From an uncultured delta proteobacterium (GTDB lineage: Bacteria > Desulfobacterota > Binatia > UBA9968), in contig CAVXEP010000032.1 in NCBI GenBank assembly GCA_963760795.1, positions 352,001-416,000 of the forward strand: a stretch of DNA of 64,000 bases, read 5' to 3'. Numbering within the stretch: the first letter of the stretch is position 1; each line of letters starts with the position of its first letter. The notes beneath the pieces are model-generated. The model saw only the letters and a program-made list of their open reading frames with translations. It did no database searches and had not been told where the DNA came from. Shown one piece after another: positions 33,630 through 45,497 of the stretch. The translations under genes and the position numbers were made by a program.

Positions 33630-34265
33630 ATGCTCGATGTTAGGCCCATAGGGATCGAAGATTACGCGGAGCGGTGCAGTAAGCCGTTGTCGGCACTGCA
33701 CGATAAGCTGTGGGTGGAGACTTATTGCCAGACGCGCAATCCGCAGATGATGGTAGGCGCTCTGGAAGGGCAGTTTCTCAAAATGATCGTCGGCCTCACC
33801 GGCGCGCGGCGGATCTTAGAAATTGGCATGTTCACCGGCTACAGCACTTTGGCATTGGCCGAGGCGTTGCCCAAGGGCGGCACCATCGTGGCTTGTGAGA
33901 TCGACCGGGTGGCTGCGGACATCGCCAAGCGTTATTTTGCCGAGAGCGCGCACAATGACAAAATAGAAGTGCGGGTCGGCGCCGCGGCGGAAAGTCTCAA
34001 GCGGGTATGGGGTCCTTTCGATCTCTGCTTCATCGATGCCGACAAGGAAAACTACGGCGCCTACTATGACGCATGCCTAGAATTGACCAGGACGCGCGGG
34101 TTGATCGTTCTCGATAACGTCCTGCGCGACGGCCGCGTGCTCGACCCGCAAGACGACTGCACGAAATCTTTAGACGCGCTCAACAAAAGAATTCGCAGCG
34201 ATCCGCGCGTCGAGAATGTCCTGCTGCCGGTGCGCGATGGCATCATGCTGGTGCGCAAGCTGTAA
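33630..34265 (+). CDS. O-methyltransferase (caffeoyl-CoA OMT-like)
   Basis: LEIGMFTGYS, FIDADKENY, RDGI. Confidence 0.9.
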   Translation: MLDVRPIGIEDYAERCSKPLSALHDKLWVETYCQTRNPQMMVGALEGQFLKMIVGLTGARRILEIGMFTGYSTLALAEALPKGGTIVACEIDRVAADIAKRYFAESAHNDKIEVRVGAAAESLKRVWGPFDLCFIDADKENYGAYYDACLELTRTRGLIVLDNVLRDGRVLDPQDDCTKSLDALNKRIRSDPRVENVLLPVRDGIMLVRKL

Positions 34266-34309
34266 GTTGGCAATGCCGATATCGGCGAATGCTTCCACCA
34301 GTCAGTGAA

Positions 34310-35195
34310 CTAGAGGTTTTGCTTCGACAGCGATGCGAGAGTTCGTTCGAGATCTTTCGGCAGTTTTGCTTGCCACTGGCAAACTTTGCCGGCGACGTTA
34401 AGGCGCAGCTTTTGCGCGTGTAGGAACTGTCGCTTCAAGCCGTATTCCTTGCGAAAGTGTCTTGTTGAAAGCGAAGTCGCCATGCTGATCGTCCATGACG
34501 ACGGGATGGCCGAGCTGGGCGAAGTGCAGGCGGATTTGATGCAGGCGGCCGGTTTCGATGGCGACCCGGACCAGCGTGACCTCCGAGTGGCGTTTGACTA
34601 CCCAATAGCGCGTCAGGGCGCGCACTGGATTGCCGTCGCGTCCCGGCAACGGCGTGTCGATGACTCCTTGATTGTGCGCTAACCGCCCCGCCACCAAGGC
34701 GAGATACTCTTTATCGACCGCGCCGGTTTCGAAGGCTTGCGCCAATTCCTCGGCGGTCTTTGGATTCTTCGCGACTAGGAGAAGGCCGGAGGTATCCTGG
34801 TCCAGGCGATGGACGAGTTGCGGTTTGCTCTGACTCTCGCGGTATTGCCGTTCTAATATCCCCAGCACCGAGTCGCGCTTGCTGACCGTCTTGCCTTCGT
34901 GCACGGCCAAGCCGGCCGGTTTGTCGACGACCAGCAAGTTGCTGTCCTCAAAAACGATGTCGAGCTTCGGCGCCACAAGTGTCGGTGGGGTACGCGTCCT
35001 TTGCGTGTCGAAGGGAATGTAGAGTTGGATCTTGTCGCCGGCGCGAATTCCATCTGCCGGTTTGGCGCGCTTGCCGTTCAAGCGAATGCCGTTCTTGCGA
35101 AACAGCTTGCGGACATAACCGATTGGGAATTCTTTCTTGAGGTAGTTCTCAAGTTTCTTGCCGCTGTCGTTACTCCCCAGGACAATTTCCCGCAT
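34310..35195 (-). CDS. RluA/RluC-family pseudouridine synthase (frameshift ~34460)
   Basis: S4-like N-terminus, HRLDQDTSG, TGRLHQIR, FLHA in the shifted frame. Confidence 0.88.
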
Positions 35196-35327
35196 GGCAC
35201 CGCAGAGTAAACGGTAGAACTCCCGCGGAGTCAAGCTTGGGGTCCAGCAATATTTGCAATTCTCTAATTATTAAGATAGCTTACGTCGCACTGCGCCAAG
35301 GAGATTCTCCTTGTTGGTTGGCGCCGG

Positions 35328-36417
35328 GTGAGGTCGTCATTGAGTCGAAACGAGTCGGTCGATGTTCTAAGAAAAAAAATCGATCAGATTGATGAAAAAA
35401 TCGTTAACCTTCTAAACGCTCGGGCCGCGCTGGCACAACGTATCGGACACAGCAAGAGCCTATCCAGTCAAGAGGTTTACGTTCCCAATCGCGAGAAGGA
35501 GATTCTGCGACGCGTCTCCGCATCGACTCGCGGCCCACTTTCCGCTGACGCCATCCGTTCGGTATTTCGTGAAATAATTTCGGCCTGCCGGTCGCTTGAA
35601 GCGCCGCTGCGGGTCGCCTACTTCGGTGCCGAGGCGACCTACAGCCATCTGGCGGCGAAAGAAAAATTCGGTTCATCAGCCGAGCTGTGCTCGACGGCGA
35701 CCATCGCCGAGGTCTTTCAAGAGGTCAGCCAGGACCGCGCATCATTGGGCGTGGTACCGATCGAGAACTCGACTGAAGGCGTGGTGGCGCATACCCTCGA
35801 TTGTTTGGTCGAATCGGACCTGCAAATTTGCGCCGAAGTCTATTTGGATATTCATCACCATCTTTTGTCCAAGAGCGGCAATGCCGGCAGATGTCCGGCG
35901 GATCATCTCCCATCCCCAGGCGCTGGCGCAGTGCCGCGGCTGGCTGACGGCGCATTTCCCCAAAATTACCGTGGAAGAAGTGGCGAGCACCGCCCATGGA
36001 GCGATCGCGGCCGCCAATGACGGCGGCATCGCCGCCATCTCCAGCGCTTTGGCCAAAGAGGTTTATAACCTGGTGGCGGTGGCCAGTAATATCGAAGACC
36101 GCAGCAACAACATCACACGCTTTTTGGTCATCGGTAAGATGCTGACCAAGCCCTGCGGTGACGACAAAACTTCGTTGGTATTCTCCGCCAAAGACAAGCC
36201 GGGCGTGCTGTTCCAAATGCTTCAGCCCTTCGCCAAGAGCCGAATCAATTTGTCTAAGATCGAGTCCCGGCCAATCAAGAACAAACCCTGGGAGTACCTG
36301 TTCTTCTTGGATCTCATGGGGCACCGGGAACAGGCTGCGGTGAAAAAAGCCATCGCCGAGCTGGAAAAAAATTGTGTCTTTCTAAAAGTCATGGGTTCCT
36401 ACGCGAGTGGCCGATGA
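35328..36417 (+). CDS. pheA: chorismate mutase/prephenate dehydratase (frameshift ~35880)
   Basis: [31 protein letters not shown]. Confidence 0.92.
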
Positions 36418-37512
36418 AGATCGTCGAGCAACTACCCGAATATATTCGCAGCTTGATCCCCTACGAGCCGGGTAAGCCGATCGAAGAGGTGGAACGGGAG
36501 TATGGCATCGCCAACTCCACCAAGCTGGCGTCGAACGAAAATCCTTTGGGGCCGTCGCCCAAAGCGCTGGCAGCGATTCGCGCCAAGCTTGACTGAACTT
36601 CATCTCTATCCTGACGGCGATTGCTTCTATCTAAAAAACGGCCTGGCGAAAAAGCTTGGCGTGGCGCCAGACGAGTTGATCTTTGGCAACGGCTCCAACG
36701 AGATCATCGAGTTGGCGGTGCGCGCCTTCATGCGACCGGGAGATCAGGCGGTGATGGCGCGCCAGGCGTTCGTGGTCTACCAGCTGATCGTTCAAGCGGT
36801 GGGCGGCAAGAGCGTGCAAGTGGCGCTGCGCGACTTCACCCATGATCTTAGCGCCATCGCCGCCGCGGTGACAGCCGAGACGAAGATCGTTTTCCTCGCC
36901 AACCCGAATAATCCCACCGGGACGATCTATCGGCGCGCCGAGTGGGAAGCCTTTCTCGCCCAGCTACCCAAGGATTTGCTGCTGATCGTCGACGAGGCTT
37001 ATTTCGAATACGTCCAGGACGCCGGCTACCCGGACTCGCTCAAGTACCATCGCGACGACCGGCCCATGCTCACGCTGCGGACCTTTTCCAAGCTCTACGG
37101 CTTGGCTGGCTTGCGCGTCGGCTATGGTGTCGGGCCGCGGCAAATCATTTCAATGATGCAGCGGGTGCGCCAGCCCTTCAACGTCAACGCGCCGGCCCAG
37201 TGGGCGGCGCTGGCGGCATTGGACGATGGCGATCATGTGCGGCGCAGCTTGGCGCTGAACCGGGAGGGGCTGGAGTTTCTCGGCGCGGAATTCAAAAAGC
37301 TCGGTCTGGAGTTCGTGCCGAGCCATGGCAATTTTATCTTGGTGCGTGTCGGTAAAGGCCAGGAAGTCTATAAGCAGTTGCTCGGCCAAGGTGTAATCGT
37401 CCGGCCCATGGGCGGTTACCAGTTTCCCGAACATATCCGCGTGACGGTCGGCACCATGGATGAGAATCGAAAATTTATCGAGGCATTGAACAAAGTCATC
37501 AAGAGTTTCTAG
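36414..37512 (+). CDS. hisC: histidinol-phosphate aminotransferase (frameshift ~36590)
   Basis: [34 protein letters not shown]. Confidence 0.92.
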
Positions 37513-37531
37513 CAGCGGGAGTGATCAAGAG

Positions 37532-38398
37532 CGTGGCAGTGCAAGTTTGAAAAATTGGTGTTGGCGGGAGTTGGGCTGATCTGCGGCTCCTTGGCCCTCG
37601 ACATGCGCCGGCGCAAACTGGTCAAAGAAGTGATCGGTTACGGCCGCAGCGAAAGCAATTTGAAGATCGCCAGGAAGAAGGGGCTCATCGACAGTTATTT
37701 TGTCCGCCCAGCCGATTTCCCAGCCGGCGTCGATTTTCTCATGATCGGCACGCCGGTGGAGACCATCGTGCCGCTGACCCAAACGTTTCTGCCCAAGCTG
37801 GAGAAGGGTTGTATCGTCAGCGATGTCGGCAGCGTCAAAGGCGAGATCGTCCGCGGCATGGAGAAGATCCTGCCTAAGCATATATCGTTTGTCGCCGGCC
37901 ATCCGATCGCCGGCAGCGAGCAATGGGGTGCCCAGGCGGCGCGGGAGAATCTGTTTGTGCGCCATCGCTGCGTGCTGACGCCGACCAAGAGGACCGATAA
38001 AAAAGCCTTGAAAAAAGTCGCCGAGCTATGGCGCCAGGTGGGCGCCGATGTCGAGATCATGCATCCCGATACTCACGACCGGGTGTTGGGCGTGATCAGC
38101 CATCTGCCCCATGTGTTAGTCTACGCCCTGGTGAACGCGCTCAACCGGACAAACTTAAAAGGCGTCGATCTTAAAACCTACTGCGCCGGCGGCTTCAAGG
38201 ATTTCACCCGCATCGCCTCGAGCCGGCCGGAACTATGGCGGGATATTTGTTTGATGAACCGGCGCGCCCTGGGCCGCTCTCTCACCGATTACATCAAGTA
38301 TCTCGAACAGCTGAACCGGTGGATTCGTGATCGAAAAAGGCGGCTTGCTAGAGAAGGAGTTTGCCCGCGCCTACGATACCCGCGCGCAAATTCCATAA
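37532..38398 (+). CDS. tyrA: prephenate dehydrogenase (frameshifts near both ends)
   Basis: GVGLICGS, DVGSVK, HPIAGSE, SHLPH, DFTRIA. Confidence 0.9.
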
Positions 38399-38408
38399 CG
38401 ACGAAATC

Positions 38409-39698
38409 ATGAAGCGACGCATCGAACCGATCGACAGACCTCTCCATGGGGCGATTACCGTCCCAGGCGACAAATCCATCGCCCACCGCGCGGTGATCTT
38501 TGGCAGTATCGCCGAGGGACGCACGCGGATCTTCAACTTGTCCGGGGGCGAAGACAATTCGCGCACGGTGCGGGCGTTCCGCCAGTTGGGTGTGGAGATC
38601 GGCAGGGATGGCGATGCGCTTTGCATCGAGGGCCAGGGCTTCGCTGGCCTGCGCCAGGCAAGCGCTGCGATCGATTGCGGTAACTCCGGGACAACGATCC
38701 GCTTGATGTCAGGGCTGCTTGCCGGTCTGCCGTTTCACAGTGAACTCGATGGCGATGCATCGATCCGCCAGCGGCCCATGCAGCGGGTGATCGATCCGCT
38801 GGTGCAAATGGGCGCGCGGATTCGCAGCAAAGCCGGCAACGGCTTGGCGCCGCTGGAAATCGATGGCGGCGGCCTGCACGGCATGTCTTACCGCATGCCC
38901 ATCGCCAGCGCTCAGGTGAAGTCGGCGATCCTGTTGGCGGCATTGCAAGCCGACGGCGAGACCAGAATCGAAGAGCCGCAGCGTTCGCGCGATCACAGTG
39001 AAGTGATGATTCGCGGTTTCGGCGGCGAGATTAACGTTGATGGCGTTCATATCGGCATTAATGGCGGGCAGTCACTGCGCGGCCAAGATGTGCGCATTCC
39101 GGGTGATATCTCTTCGGCGGCGTTTTTTCTCGTCGCGGCGGCGCTGATTCCCGGCTCGGAGGTGACGATCCGCAATGTCGGCTGCAATCCGACCCGGGAC
39201 GGCGTCGTTGAGATTCTCCGCGCCATGGGCGCGGCCATCGAATTGCTCAATCAACGAACCGAGGCCGGTGAGCGGGTGGTCGACATTCACGTTGCCGGCG
39301 GTCCCTTGCACGGTGTCGATGTCGGTCCCGAGCTGGTGGCGCGCACCATCGATGAATACCCGATCTTGGCCATCGCGGGCGCGGTTGCCCAGGGGGTGAC
39401 GCGCTTCGCCGATATCAAGGAGCTCCGGTTCAAGGAGTCCGACCGCATCGCCGCCATGACCGAGGGGTTGCATACTCTTGGCGTGAAAGTCGATGCGTGC
39501 GATGACGCTATGACGATTTACGGTGGGCAGGAGCTGAAGGGGGGCGCGGTACGCAGTTTCGCCGATCACAGAGTAGCCATGTCCTTCGCGGTAGCCGGCT
39601 TGGTGAGCGGTGGCGGAGTTGAGATCGACGACCCCCGTTGTGCCAGCATATCGTTCCCGACGTTCTTCGATTTGTTGGAGCAAATTTGTTTGCATTAA
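38409..39698 (+). CDS. aroA: EPSP synthase
   Basis: PGDKSIAHR, CGNSGTT, SAQVKS, KESDR, DHR. Confidence 0.95.
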   Translation: MKRRIEPIDRPLHGAITVPGDKSIAHRAVIFGSIAEGRTRIFNLSGGEDNSRTVRAFRQLGVEIGRDGDALCIEGQGFAGLRQASAAIDCGNSGTTIRLMSGLLAGLPFHSELDGDASIRQRPMQRVIDPLVQMGARIRSKAGNGLAPLEIDGGGLHGMSYRMPIASAQVKSAILLAALQADGETRIEEPQRSRDHSEVMIRGFGGEINVDGVHIGINGGQSLRGQDVRIPGDISSAAFFLVAAALIPGSEVTIRNVGCNPTRDGVVEILRAMGAAIELLNQRTEAGERVVDIHVAGGPLHGVDVGPELVARTIDEYPILAIAGAVAQGVTRFADIKELRFKESDRIAAMTEGLHTLGVKVDACDDAMTIYGGQELKGGAVRSFADHRVAMSFAVAGLVSGGGVEIDDPRCASISFPTFFDLLEQICLH

Positions 39699-40411
39699 CC
39701 GCAGGGACAGAGGATAGTCGGCCCAATCCAAAGGGGAATCGGTTGATCATCGCCATCGACGGGCCATCGGGCGCCGGTAAGAGCACTTTAGCCAAACGAC
39801 TGGCTAAGGAGCTAGGGTTTATTTACCTCGATACCGGTGCGTTGTACCGCGCCCTGGCCTTGAAGGTCTTGCGCCAAACTGTCGACTTGGCGGATGATGA
39901 CCGTCTTAACCGGCTGGTGGACGATACCGAGATCGACTTACGCCACCGAGATGGTAAGCTTGAGGTGCTGCTCGACGGCGAGGATGTCGGCGCGCAGATC
40001 AGGACACCGGAGGTTAGCCAGATGGCGTCCAAGGTATCGGCGCTGAAAAAAGTTCGTAGCCGGATGCTGGAACTTCAGCGCGAAATGGGCGAGCGCGGCA
40101 GCGTGGTGGCCGAAGGGCGCGATATCGGTACGGTGATTTTCCCCCAGGCTCAAGTGAAGATATATCTCGATGCTTCGCCGGGGGAGCGGGCGCGGCGTCG
40201 TTACGAAGAACTCAAGGCCGCCGGCCGGCCAGTGGATTTACAAGTAACGATGCGCGAGATCGAGGAGCGCGACAAACGCGATAGCGAGCGCGATCTCGCG
40301 CCGTTGTGCAAGGCCGATGACGCGTTGCTGGTCGACTCGTCGTCTGTCGATGCCGAGCAAGTGGCGGCGTTGGTGCTCAATCAAGTAAAGAATAAGGCAA
40401 CGGTAAATTAA
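39686..40411 (+). CDS. cmk: cytidylate kinase (start uncertain)
   Basis: IAIDGPSGAGKST, EGRDIGT. Confidence 0.93.
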   Translation: MFALTAGTEDSRPNPKGNRLIIAIDGPSGAGKSTLAKRLAKELGFIYLDTGALYRALALKVLRQTVDLADDDRLNRLVDDTEIDLRHRDGKLEVLLDGEDVGAQIRTPEVSQMASKVSALKKVRSRMLELQREMGERGSVVAEGRDIGTVIFPQAQVKIYLDASPGERARRRYEELKAAGRPVDLQVTMREIEERDKRDSERDLAPLCKADDALLVDSSSVDAEQVAALVLNQVKNKATVN

Positions 40412-40431
40412 ATAGATCGGAGTTGGTTTTC

Positions 40432-42177
40432 ATGGCTGAACAGGAACAACAAAAACCAGGCGCAGCGGCAGGCGGCGCCAGCGAATTCGAAGCGATGTTT
40501 GAAGAGAGCCTGCGCACGGTAAAGCCCGGCGGTATCGTCAAAGGACGGGTGGTTGGTATCACGGCGACTCATGTTTTGATCGATGTCGGTTACAAGTCCG
40601 AGGGGCAAATTCCGATCCACGAGTTCACCGACCGCCAAGGCAACGTCAGCGCCAAGGTCGGCGACGATGTCGATGTTTATTTCGATTCCTCGGAGAACGA
40701 GAGCGGCGGCATTCAACTGTCGCGCTTGCGCGCCGAGAATCTCAAAGTCTGGGATGAAATCGAAAAGGCCTTCAATGAAGGCCAAGGCGTCGAAGGTTTG
40801 ATCGTCGGCAAGGTCAAGGGCGGCTTCAAGGTCGATATCGGCATCGCGGCATTCCTACCGGGCTCCCATGTCGACATCCGGCCCAATCGCAATCTCGACC
40901 GCTTTATCGGCACCCGGGACCGCTTCGCGATTCTGAAATTCAACCGCATGCGCGGCAACGTCGTGTTGTCGCGGCGCGAGCTCTTGGAGAAGGAACGGGG
41001 CGAGCTCAAGCAGGAGATCCTCAAAGTTCTCGAGGAGGGCGTAATCCTTGAGGGTATCATCAAGAATATCACCGGCTACGGCGCCTTCGTCGATCTCGGC
41101 GGCATCGACGGCATCCTGCATATCAGCGATATGTCCTGGGGACGGATCAGCCATCCTTCGGAGATCGTTCAGGTCGGCGAAACCGTCAAGGTGGTGGTGC
41201 TCAAGTTCGATAACGAAAAGGAGCGTATCTCCCTCGGCATGAAGCAGCTCACCCCCGACCCCTGGCAAACCGTGGCGGAGAAATACCGCATCAGCACCAG
41301 GGTGCAAGGTAAAGTCATCAGCATCATGGACTACGGCGCCTTCGTGGAATTAGAGAGCGGCATCGAAGGATTGATCCATATCTCCGAGATGTCGTGGACG
41401 CGCAAAGTCACTCATCCGTCGAAGCTCTTGCAGGTCAATCAGCAAGTCGAAGTCGTGGTTCTCAATGTCGACCCTGGCCACCGGCGGATCTCCCTGGGCT
41501 TGAAGCAAGTGATGGCCAATCCTTGGGAAGCGGCGCGGGATAAATACCCGGTCGGCACCGTGGTCAGCGGCCCGGTGCGCAACATCACCGACTTCGGCAT
41601 CTTTGTCGGAATCGAGGAAGGCATCGACGGTTTGGTCCATATCTCTGATTTGCACTGGACCAAGAAGGTCAAGCATCCGTCCGAACTCTTTAAGAAGGGC
41701 GATGTTGTCGAAGCTAAGGTGTTGGGTGTCAATGTCGAAAACGAACGCTTTTCTTTCGGCATCAAACAGATGGCTCCCGATCCCTGGAAAGCCGTGGCCG
41801 ACAAATATCCGGTCGGTGCCAAACTCAAGGGGCAAGTGACCAGCGTGCCGGATTTCGGCGTGTTTGTGCGCATCGACGAAGGGGTCGAAGGGTTGATTCA
41901 TGTCTCACAGCTGAGCACCGAGCGGGTCGACAAGCCGGCGAGCTTATACAAAGTCGGCGACGAGGTCGAAGCTGAAGTGGTCAGCATCGATCTTAACGAC
42001 CGCAAGATCGGTCTCAGCGTGCGCGCCCTGCGCCGCTCCGAAGAGCGCCAGGAAATGGAAAATTATCTCAAGCGCGAGAAAGAGGGCGGTCGCTTTTCCT
42101 TCGAGTCACTATTGGGCGACGAGCTGCGCTTGGACCGCGACGATGACAGCGCGCGCGGGCGCAAGGGCCGCAACTAA
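40432..42177 (+). CDS. rpsA: 30S ribosomal protein S1
   Basis: six S1 repeats (YGAFVDLGGIDG etc.). Confidence 0.96.
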   Translation: MAEQEQQKPGAAAGGASEFEAMFEESLRTVKPGGIVKGRVVGITATHVLIDVGYKSEGQIPIHEFTDRQGNVSAKVGDDVDVYFDSSENESGGIQLSRLRAENLKVWDEIEKAFNEGQGVEGLIVGKVKGGFKVDIGIAAFLPGSHVDIRPNRNLDRFIGTRDRFAILKFNRMRGNVVLSRRELLEKERGELKQEILKVLEEGVILEGIIKNITGYGAFVDLGGIDGILHISDMSWGRISHPSEIVQVGETVKVVVLKFDNEKERISLGMKQLTPDPWQTVAEKYRISTRVQGKVISIMDYGAFVELESGIEGLIHISEMSWTRKVTHPSKLLQVNQQVEVVVLNVDPGHRRISLGLKQVMANPWEAARDKYPVGTVVSGPVRNITDFGIFVGIEEGIDGLVHISDLHWTKKVKHPSELFKKGDVVEAKVLGVNVENERFSFGIKQMAPDPWKAVADKYPVGAKLKGQVTSVPDFGVFVRIDEGVEGLIHVSQLSTERVDKPASLYKVGDEVEAEVVSIDLNDRKIGLSVRALRRSEERQEMENYLKREKEGGRFSFESLLGDELRLDRDDDSARGRKGRN

Positions 42178-42197
42178 GCGCGGACGCGAACGTAGTC

Positions 42198-43107
42198 ATG
42201 GCAACGCTGACGACCAAGCACTCGATCCTGCGCGGCAATGGGGATTTTGTTCGTATTCATGTTGGTGGTGTTTTGTGGGACATTTTTCTACGCCTATCTG
42301 AGCGGCGGCGATTCCAAAGTTTTGTCGCTATTTTCCGGCGATGGTGTCGGGGTTTTGCAAGTCGAAGGGGCGATCGACGATTCGCGCTCCGTGCTCGCTG
42401 AACTCCAGCGCTTTCGCCAGATGCCATGGATCAAAGCGGTGGTGGTGCGCATCGACAGCCCGGGCGGCGCGGTGGCGCCGACCCAGGAGATCTTCGAGGA
42501 AATTCAAAGAACCAAAAAGAAAAAGCCCTGTATCGCGTCCATGGGCAGCGTCGCGGCGTCCGGCGGATATTATATCGCCAGCGCCTGCGATAAGATCTTG
42601 GCCAATCCCGGCACCATGACCGGTTCCATCGGCGTCATCATGCAGCTCAGCAACCTCGAAGAGCTGATGAAAAAAATCGGCGTCAAGGGCGTCAATATCA
42701 AAAGCGGCGCCAATAAAGACATCGGTTCGCCGTTTCAACCTTTGTCCCAAGAAGGGCGCGAGATCCTGCAAGCGCTGGTCGACAACGTGCATGGTCAATT
42801 CGTCACCGCGGTGGCCAAAGGGCGCGGCATGGACGAGGCCCGCGTACGCAAGCTCGCCGATGGCCGGATCTATTCCGGCGCACAAGCGAAGGAACTCGGT
42901 TTGGTCGATCAATTAGGCACCCTCGAGGATGCCATCGATCTGGCCGCAAAGCAGGCCGGCCTGGACGGCGAGCCGGCGGTTTACTATTCCCGCCCGGAAC
43001 GGGAACGCTGGTGGGACCGGTTATTCATGGGCATCTTCGGTGTGCGCTTGCCTGGTTCCGAGCGCGGTTGGCTGCGCTATGAATGGTCGCTGTCGATGTT
43101 GCAGTGA
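42198..43107 (+). CDS. sppA: signal peptide peptidase SppA (5' frameshift)
   Basis: DSPGG, AASGGYY, TGSIGV. Confidence 0.9.
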
Positions 43108-43164
43108 GCGTGGTTGCCGGCACTGAACTTAAAAAAATAAAAATGCTGTTGTGAGGGTGATGTT

Positions 43165-43476
43165 ATGACCAAAAGAGACTTGATCGATGAGGTGAATAAG
43201 CGTTTCCCTCATCTCTCACGGCGGGATTCGGAGGTTATTATCAACGCCATCTTCGATTCCATGGTCGATGCCTTAGCGGGCGGCGACCGCATCGAAATCC
43301 GTGGCTTCGGTAGTTTCGTCGTCAAGAACCGCCGCGCGCGCCAGGGACGTAATCCCAAGAGCGGCGCCTTGGTATCGGTGGCCGCCAAGCGGGTGCCGTT
43401 TTTTAAAGTCGGCAAAGAGTTGCGCCTACGGGTCGACGGCAAACCTTATGATCCAGAGATCGACGGAGAAGATTGA
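43165..43476 (+). CDS. ihfB: integration host factor beta / HU-family protein
   Basis: IEIRGFGSF, GRNPKSG, FKVGKEL; position after rpsA-sppA. Confidence 0.88.
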   Translation: MTKRDLIDEVNKRFPHLSRRDSEVIINAIFDSMVDALAGGDRIEIRGFGSFVVKNRRARQGRNPKSGALVSVAAKRVPFFKVGKELRLRVDGKPYDPEIDGED

Positions 43477-43967
43477 TGCAACAGCTCTGGGCGCCCTGGC
43501 GCATGGCCTATATCGATGACGGCGCCAAGGAACCGGGCTGCATTTTTTGCACTAAGTATCGGCAGGAAGACTTGAAAGCGGCTTTGGTGCTGACGCATAG
43601 CCGCCATGCGGTCGTCATGATGAACAAGTATCCCTACAACAACGGCCATCTGCTGATCGCACCCAAGCATCATGAAAGTAGCCTGGCCGGTTTAGCGCCG
43701 GAAGAGTATAGCGATCTGAGCGAGGTATTGCGCCGCGCCGTCGAGATCGTCAAAACCGTATTAAACCCGGGCGGCGTCAATCTCGGAATGAATCTTGGCA
43801 AGTGCGCCGGCGCGGGTATCGAAGACCATCTGCACTGGCATATCGTGCCGCGCTGGGAAGGCGATACTAATTTCATGCCCGTCATCGGCGAAACTCGGGT
43901 AATGCCGCAGCACTTGGCCGACAGCTACGATCGGCTGCAGCCGCATTTTCACAATCTTATGGTTTAA
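43476..43967 (+). CDS. HIT-family hydrolase
   Basis: LWAPWR, YPYNNGH, HLHWH. Confidence 0.9.
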   Translation: MQQLWAPWRMAYIDDGAKEPGCIFCTKYRQEDLKAALVLTHSRHAVVMMNKYPYNNGHLLIAPKHHESSLAGLAPEEYSDLSEVLRRAVEIVKTVLNPGGVNLGMNLGKCAGAGIEDHLHWHIVPRWEGDTNFMPVIGETRVMPQHLADSYDRLQPHFHNLMV

Positions 43968-44055
43968 GTGTGTTAGAGCAACGTGGTAGCTTGGCATTGC
44001 CAAGCAGCAAATAGGAACGGTCAACAACAACTCTTCCGAGGGGAGGCCAAGTCAA

Positions 44056-45453
44056 GTGAGTGAGGCAAAAACATTAGGGGAACTGAAAAAAAGCGGGGTT
44101 GCGGTGCTGTCTGTGCGCGACGAGATGCGCAAAAACTTAGTGCGCCATCTGGAGAGCGGCGAGCGCATCCTGCCGGGAATCGTCGGTTACGAGGATACGG
44201 TTATTCCGGAAATCGAAAATGCGATTTTGTCCGGCCATCACATGGTGTTTTTGGGCGAACGCGGCCAGGGTAAGTCGCGCATCATCCGCGGCCTGCTGAG
44301 CCTGCTCGATGAACGCATACCCATCGTCGATGGTTGTGAAATCAACGACAGTCCGATGGCGCCGATCTGCAGCGGCTGCCGCAAGAAGGCGGCGGAGTTG
44401 GGCGATGCCTTGCCGCTTCGCTGGGTCGACCGCGACCATCGCTACGGTGAAAAACTCGCCACGCCGGATGTCTCGATCGCCGATCTGGTCGGCGAGATCG
44501 ATCCGATCAAAGTCGCCGAAGGCCGTTATCTCGCCGATGAGGAAACTATCCACTACGGCCTGGTGCCGCGCACCAACCGCGGTATATTCGCCATCAACGA
44601 GCTGCCGGATTTGACCGAGAAAGTTCAAGTCGGTCTGTTCAACTTGATGGAAGAGAAGGACGTCCAGATCAAAGGCTACAAGATTCGCCTGCCCCTCGAC
44701 GTCATCATCGTCGCCAGCGCCAACCCGGAAGACTACACCAGCCGCGGCCGGATCATTACGCCGCTCAAAGACCGTTTCGACGTGCAAATTCGCACCCACT
44801 ATCCGAAAAAGCTCGAAGACGAAATCAGCATCATGGAACAAGAAGCGGTGTGGACCGACAGCCGCAGCCGCAAGGTCGATGTGCCGCATTTCATGAAGGA
44901 AATCCTCGGCAACCTGACCTTCGAAGCGCGCAAGTCCAATGAGATCAACCAGTCCTCCGGCGTCAGCGTGCGCGTCACCATCAACAACTATGAGAGCTTG
45001 ATCAGCAACGCCGAGAAACGCGCGCTGCGCTGCAAGGAAAACGACATCGTGCCGCGGGTCAGCGACATGCATGCACTGATGGCGTCCACGGCGGGCAAGA
45101 TCGAGATGGAATATGTCGGCGAAGAGAAGAAGGAAGACGAGTTGGTCGAGAAATTGCTCAACCGCTCCATCGTCAAAGTCTTCGATCAGCATTTCAGTCT
45201 CAACTCGTTGCAGAAAGTGATCGAGTATTTCAATTCCGGCTGGGGCGTCGAGGTCTCCGACCAGATGGCCTCGCCGGATTATCTCGAAGGCATCAAGGAG
45301 ATTCCCGGACTCAAAGAAGCGATCAAAACCCTGGGTATCCAAGAATCGCCGGCGCTGATGGCATCGGCCACCGAGTTCGTCCTTGAAGGATTGCATCTCC
45401 ATCAAAAGCTCAACAAGGAAATGGAAGGCGGCCGGGTGACCTACGGCAAGTAG
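44056..45453 (+). CDS. magnesium chelatase-like AAA+ ATPase
   Basis: GERGQGKS, INELPDL, ANPEDYT. Confidence 0.88.
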   Translation: MSEAKTLGELKKSGVAVLSVRDEMRKNLVRHLESGERILPGIVGYEDTVIPEIENAILSGHHMVFLGERGQGKSRIIRGLLSLLDERIPIVDGCEINDSPMAPICSGCRKKAAELGDALPLRWVDRDHRYGEKLATPDVSIADLVGEIDPIKVAEGRYLADEETIHYGLVPRTNRGIFAINELPDLTEKVQVGLFNLMEEKDVQIKGYKIRLPLDVIIVASANPEDYTSRGRIITPLKDRFDVQIRTHYPKKLEDEISIMEQEAVWTDSRSRKVDVPHFMKEILGNLTFEARKSNEINQSSGVSVRVTINNYESLISNAEKRALRCKENDIVPRVSDMHALMASTAGKIEMEYVGEEKKEDELVEKLLNRSIVKVFDQHFSLNSLQKVIEYFNSGWGVEVSDQMASPDYLEGIKEIPGLKEAIKTLGIQESPALMASATEFVLEGLHLHQKLNKEMEGGRVTYGK

Positions 45454-45497
45454 GCGCAGGACTATCGCAGCCAAACCGAGCGCTCGAAAGATAACCC

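Noticed and set aside
15130-42240. Frameshifts as pseudogenes or programmed frameshifting
   Set aside because: They also hit pheA, hisC, tyrA and sppA with both halves conserved. Sequencing indels are more likely; polishing would settle it.
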